Positions 63,101 through 64,000 of a stretch of 64,000 nt of DNA are shown here, in pieces. Source of the DNA: Paraphysomonas bandaiensis (Eukaryota; Protista; Chrysophyceae); NCBI GenBank assembly GCA_965644295.1, contig CBFFRP010000231.1, positions 62,001-126,000 of the forward strand. The letters run 5' to 3'. Position numbers and translations under genes: made by a program. Positions within the stretch are counted from its first letter, which is position 1; every line of letters begins with the position of its first letter. The notes under the pieces were generated by a model. The model saw nothing but the letters and a program-made list of their open reading frames with translations. It had not been told where the DNA came from and ran no database searches.

Positions 63101-64000
63101 TGTTTGATGGAAGCAGATCTATGAAAGAGGACAGCTTGTATAAACTAGAAAGAATACATCGACAGAAACTGATGGAGGTGAAACACTGATAATAGAAAGA
63201 ATTGAAACTGATTTCTTGACAGGTGTTTCAGTTATTTCCTAACCGAGTTGTATCTGTGAGGCAAGCAGATAAAATCATGGCTTAGATATATATATTTATA
63301 TTTGGTATTGCCAGACTTCTTGATTCTTCAATTAACTGCTTCCTTGGTATTTTCGGTGCGGAGTGAATTTCGAAGGATAAGATAAGAACTTAATAGCGTA
63401 TTTGGGCAGGGGAGAGAAATGCACCCAAAGACTCATCTTCCGCCAAGCTTCATGAGTTAGAAGAAATAAACCCAGCAATTGGTGTCCGGGGCTGTAGGTC
63501 ACTTCCCGCGATGTTGTAATTTGTCCATATAACACTATATTACTTTGCAGAAGAGCAATAATGAACCCAGACTTTCTTGCCATGCAGATCCGTGCAATGA
63601 TAAGTGCGTTCACAGGAATGGTACATTAGCTGTGACTTATTCGTTTGCGTTCAGAGGCCGCAATAGACGTGAAGACTGAATTAAAACCCGTGAATCTAGA
63701 AATTCTAGTTCCAATGTTAACCTCCGAGCACGAGGTAAGAAGTTCACATATTTCGCTTCACGTTTTTTATCAAATCAAGTAGCTGGATTCTATTATTAAA
63801 AACATCAACGCCACTGTATACGAGGTAATGCGTATATTATGTTAGAATGTTACTGTTAAACATCCTTTATAGGTGTTCGATGCAGAAGGTGCAACTGTTG
63901 AGTATCGTATCGGTGCAGTTATTGAGGTAATTGCAGTCATATGAAGCACAACACACACAGTATGGTGATTATAACATACAGACTCCGCGAGCATGCCTAT
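60143..64000 (+). CDS. Pyruvate phosphate dikinase-like protein with degenerate catalytic motifs; many exons, runs off the window end
   Basis: LGLKG...LGLPVPPGFII, MMDSVLNLGIN, GTAIVVQ.MVFGN...S.TG..FSRDP.TG, ITLDGSTG, DGIGLFRTE, VRLLD, NPAIGVRGC, IE.PRA. Confidence 0.88.

Overview
Eukaryotic, intron-rich genomic DNA from a protist. A stramenopile, possibly chrysophyte-like, is inferred from the gene families and short GT-AG introns, but this is not proven. The first ~6 kb is a non-LTR retrotransposon, truncated by the window edge. Its reading frame carries a SET (lysine methyltransferase) domain in frame with an APE endonuclease, followed by RT, RNase H and a CCHC finger. Its three frameshifts all fall in C homopolymers. 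Its 3' UTR has a covarying GNRA hairpin shared with a dispersed non-coding repeat family (~19.2 kb, ~39.8 kb). Next come AT-rich virus-like fragments and a copia RNase H remnant. The host genes are: GH43, TPR protein, YjjX-type ITPase, PH-START-E2-like protein, mitochondrial carrier, two identical intron-containing tRNA-Asp genes, a giant EF-hand/coiled-coil protein, a TOM1/GPR137-like membrane protein, a degenerate eIF4A paralogue, a PSP1-domain protein, a bromodomain-ET protein, a WW/99-bp-repeat/SPIN90-like protein, xylulokinase, an ABCG transporter, a CLC channel and a PPDK-like gene lacking the catalytic histidine. (TATG)n tracts sit at gene 5' ends. All calls come from manual motif recognition, and exon boundaries were placed by eye.
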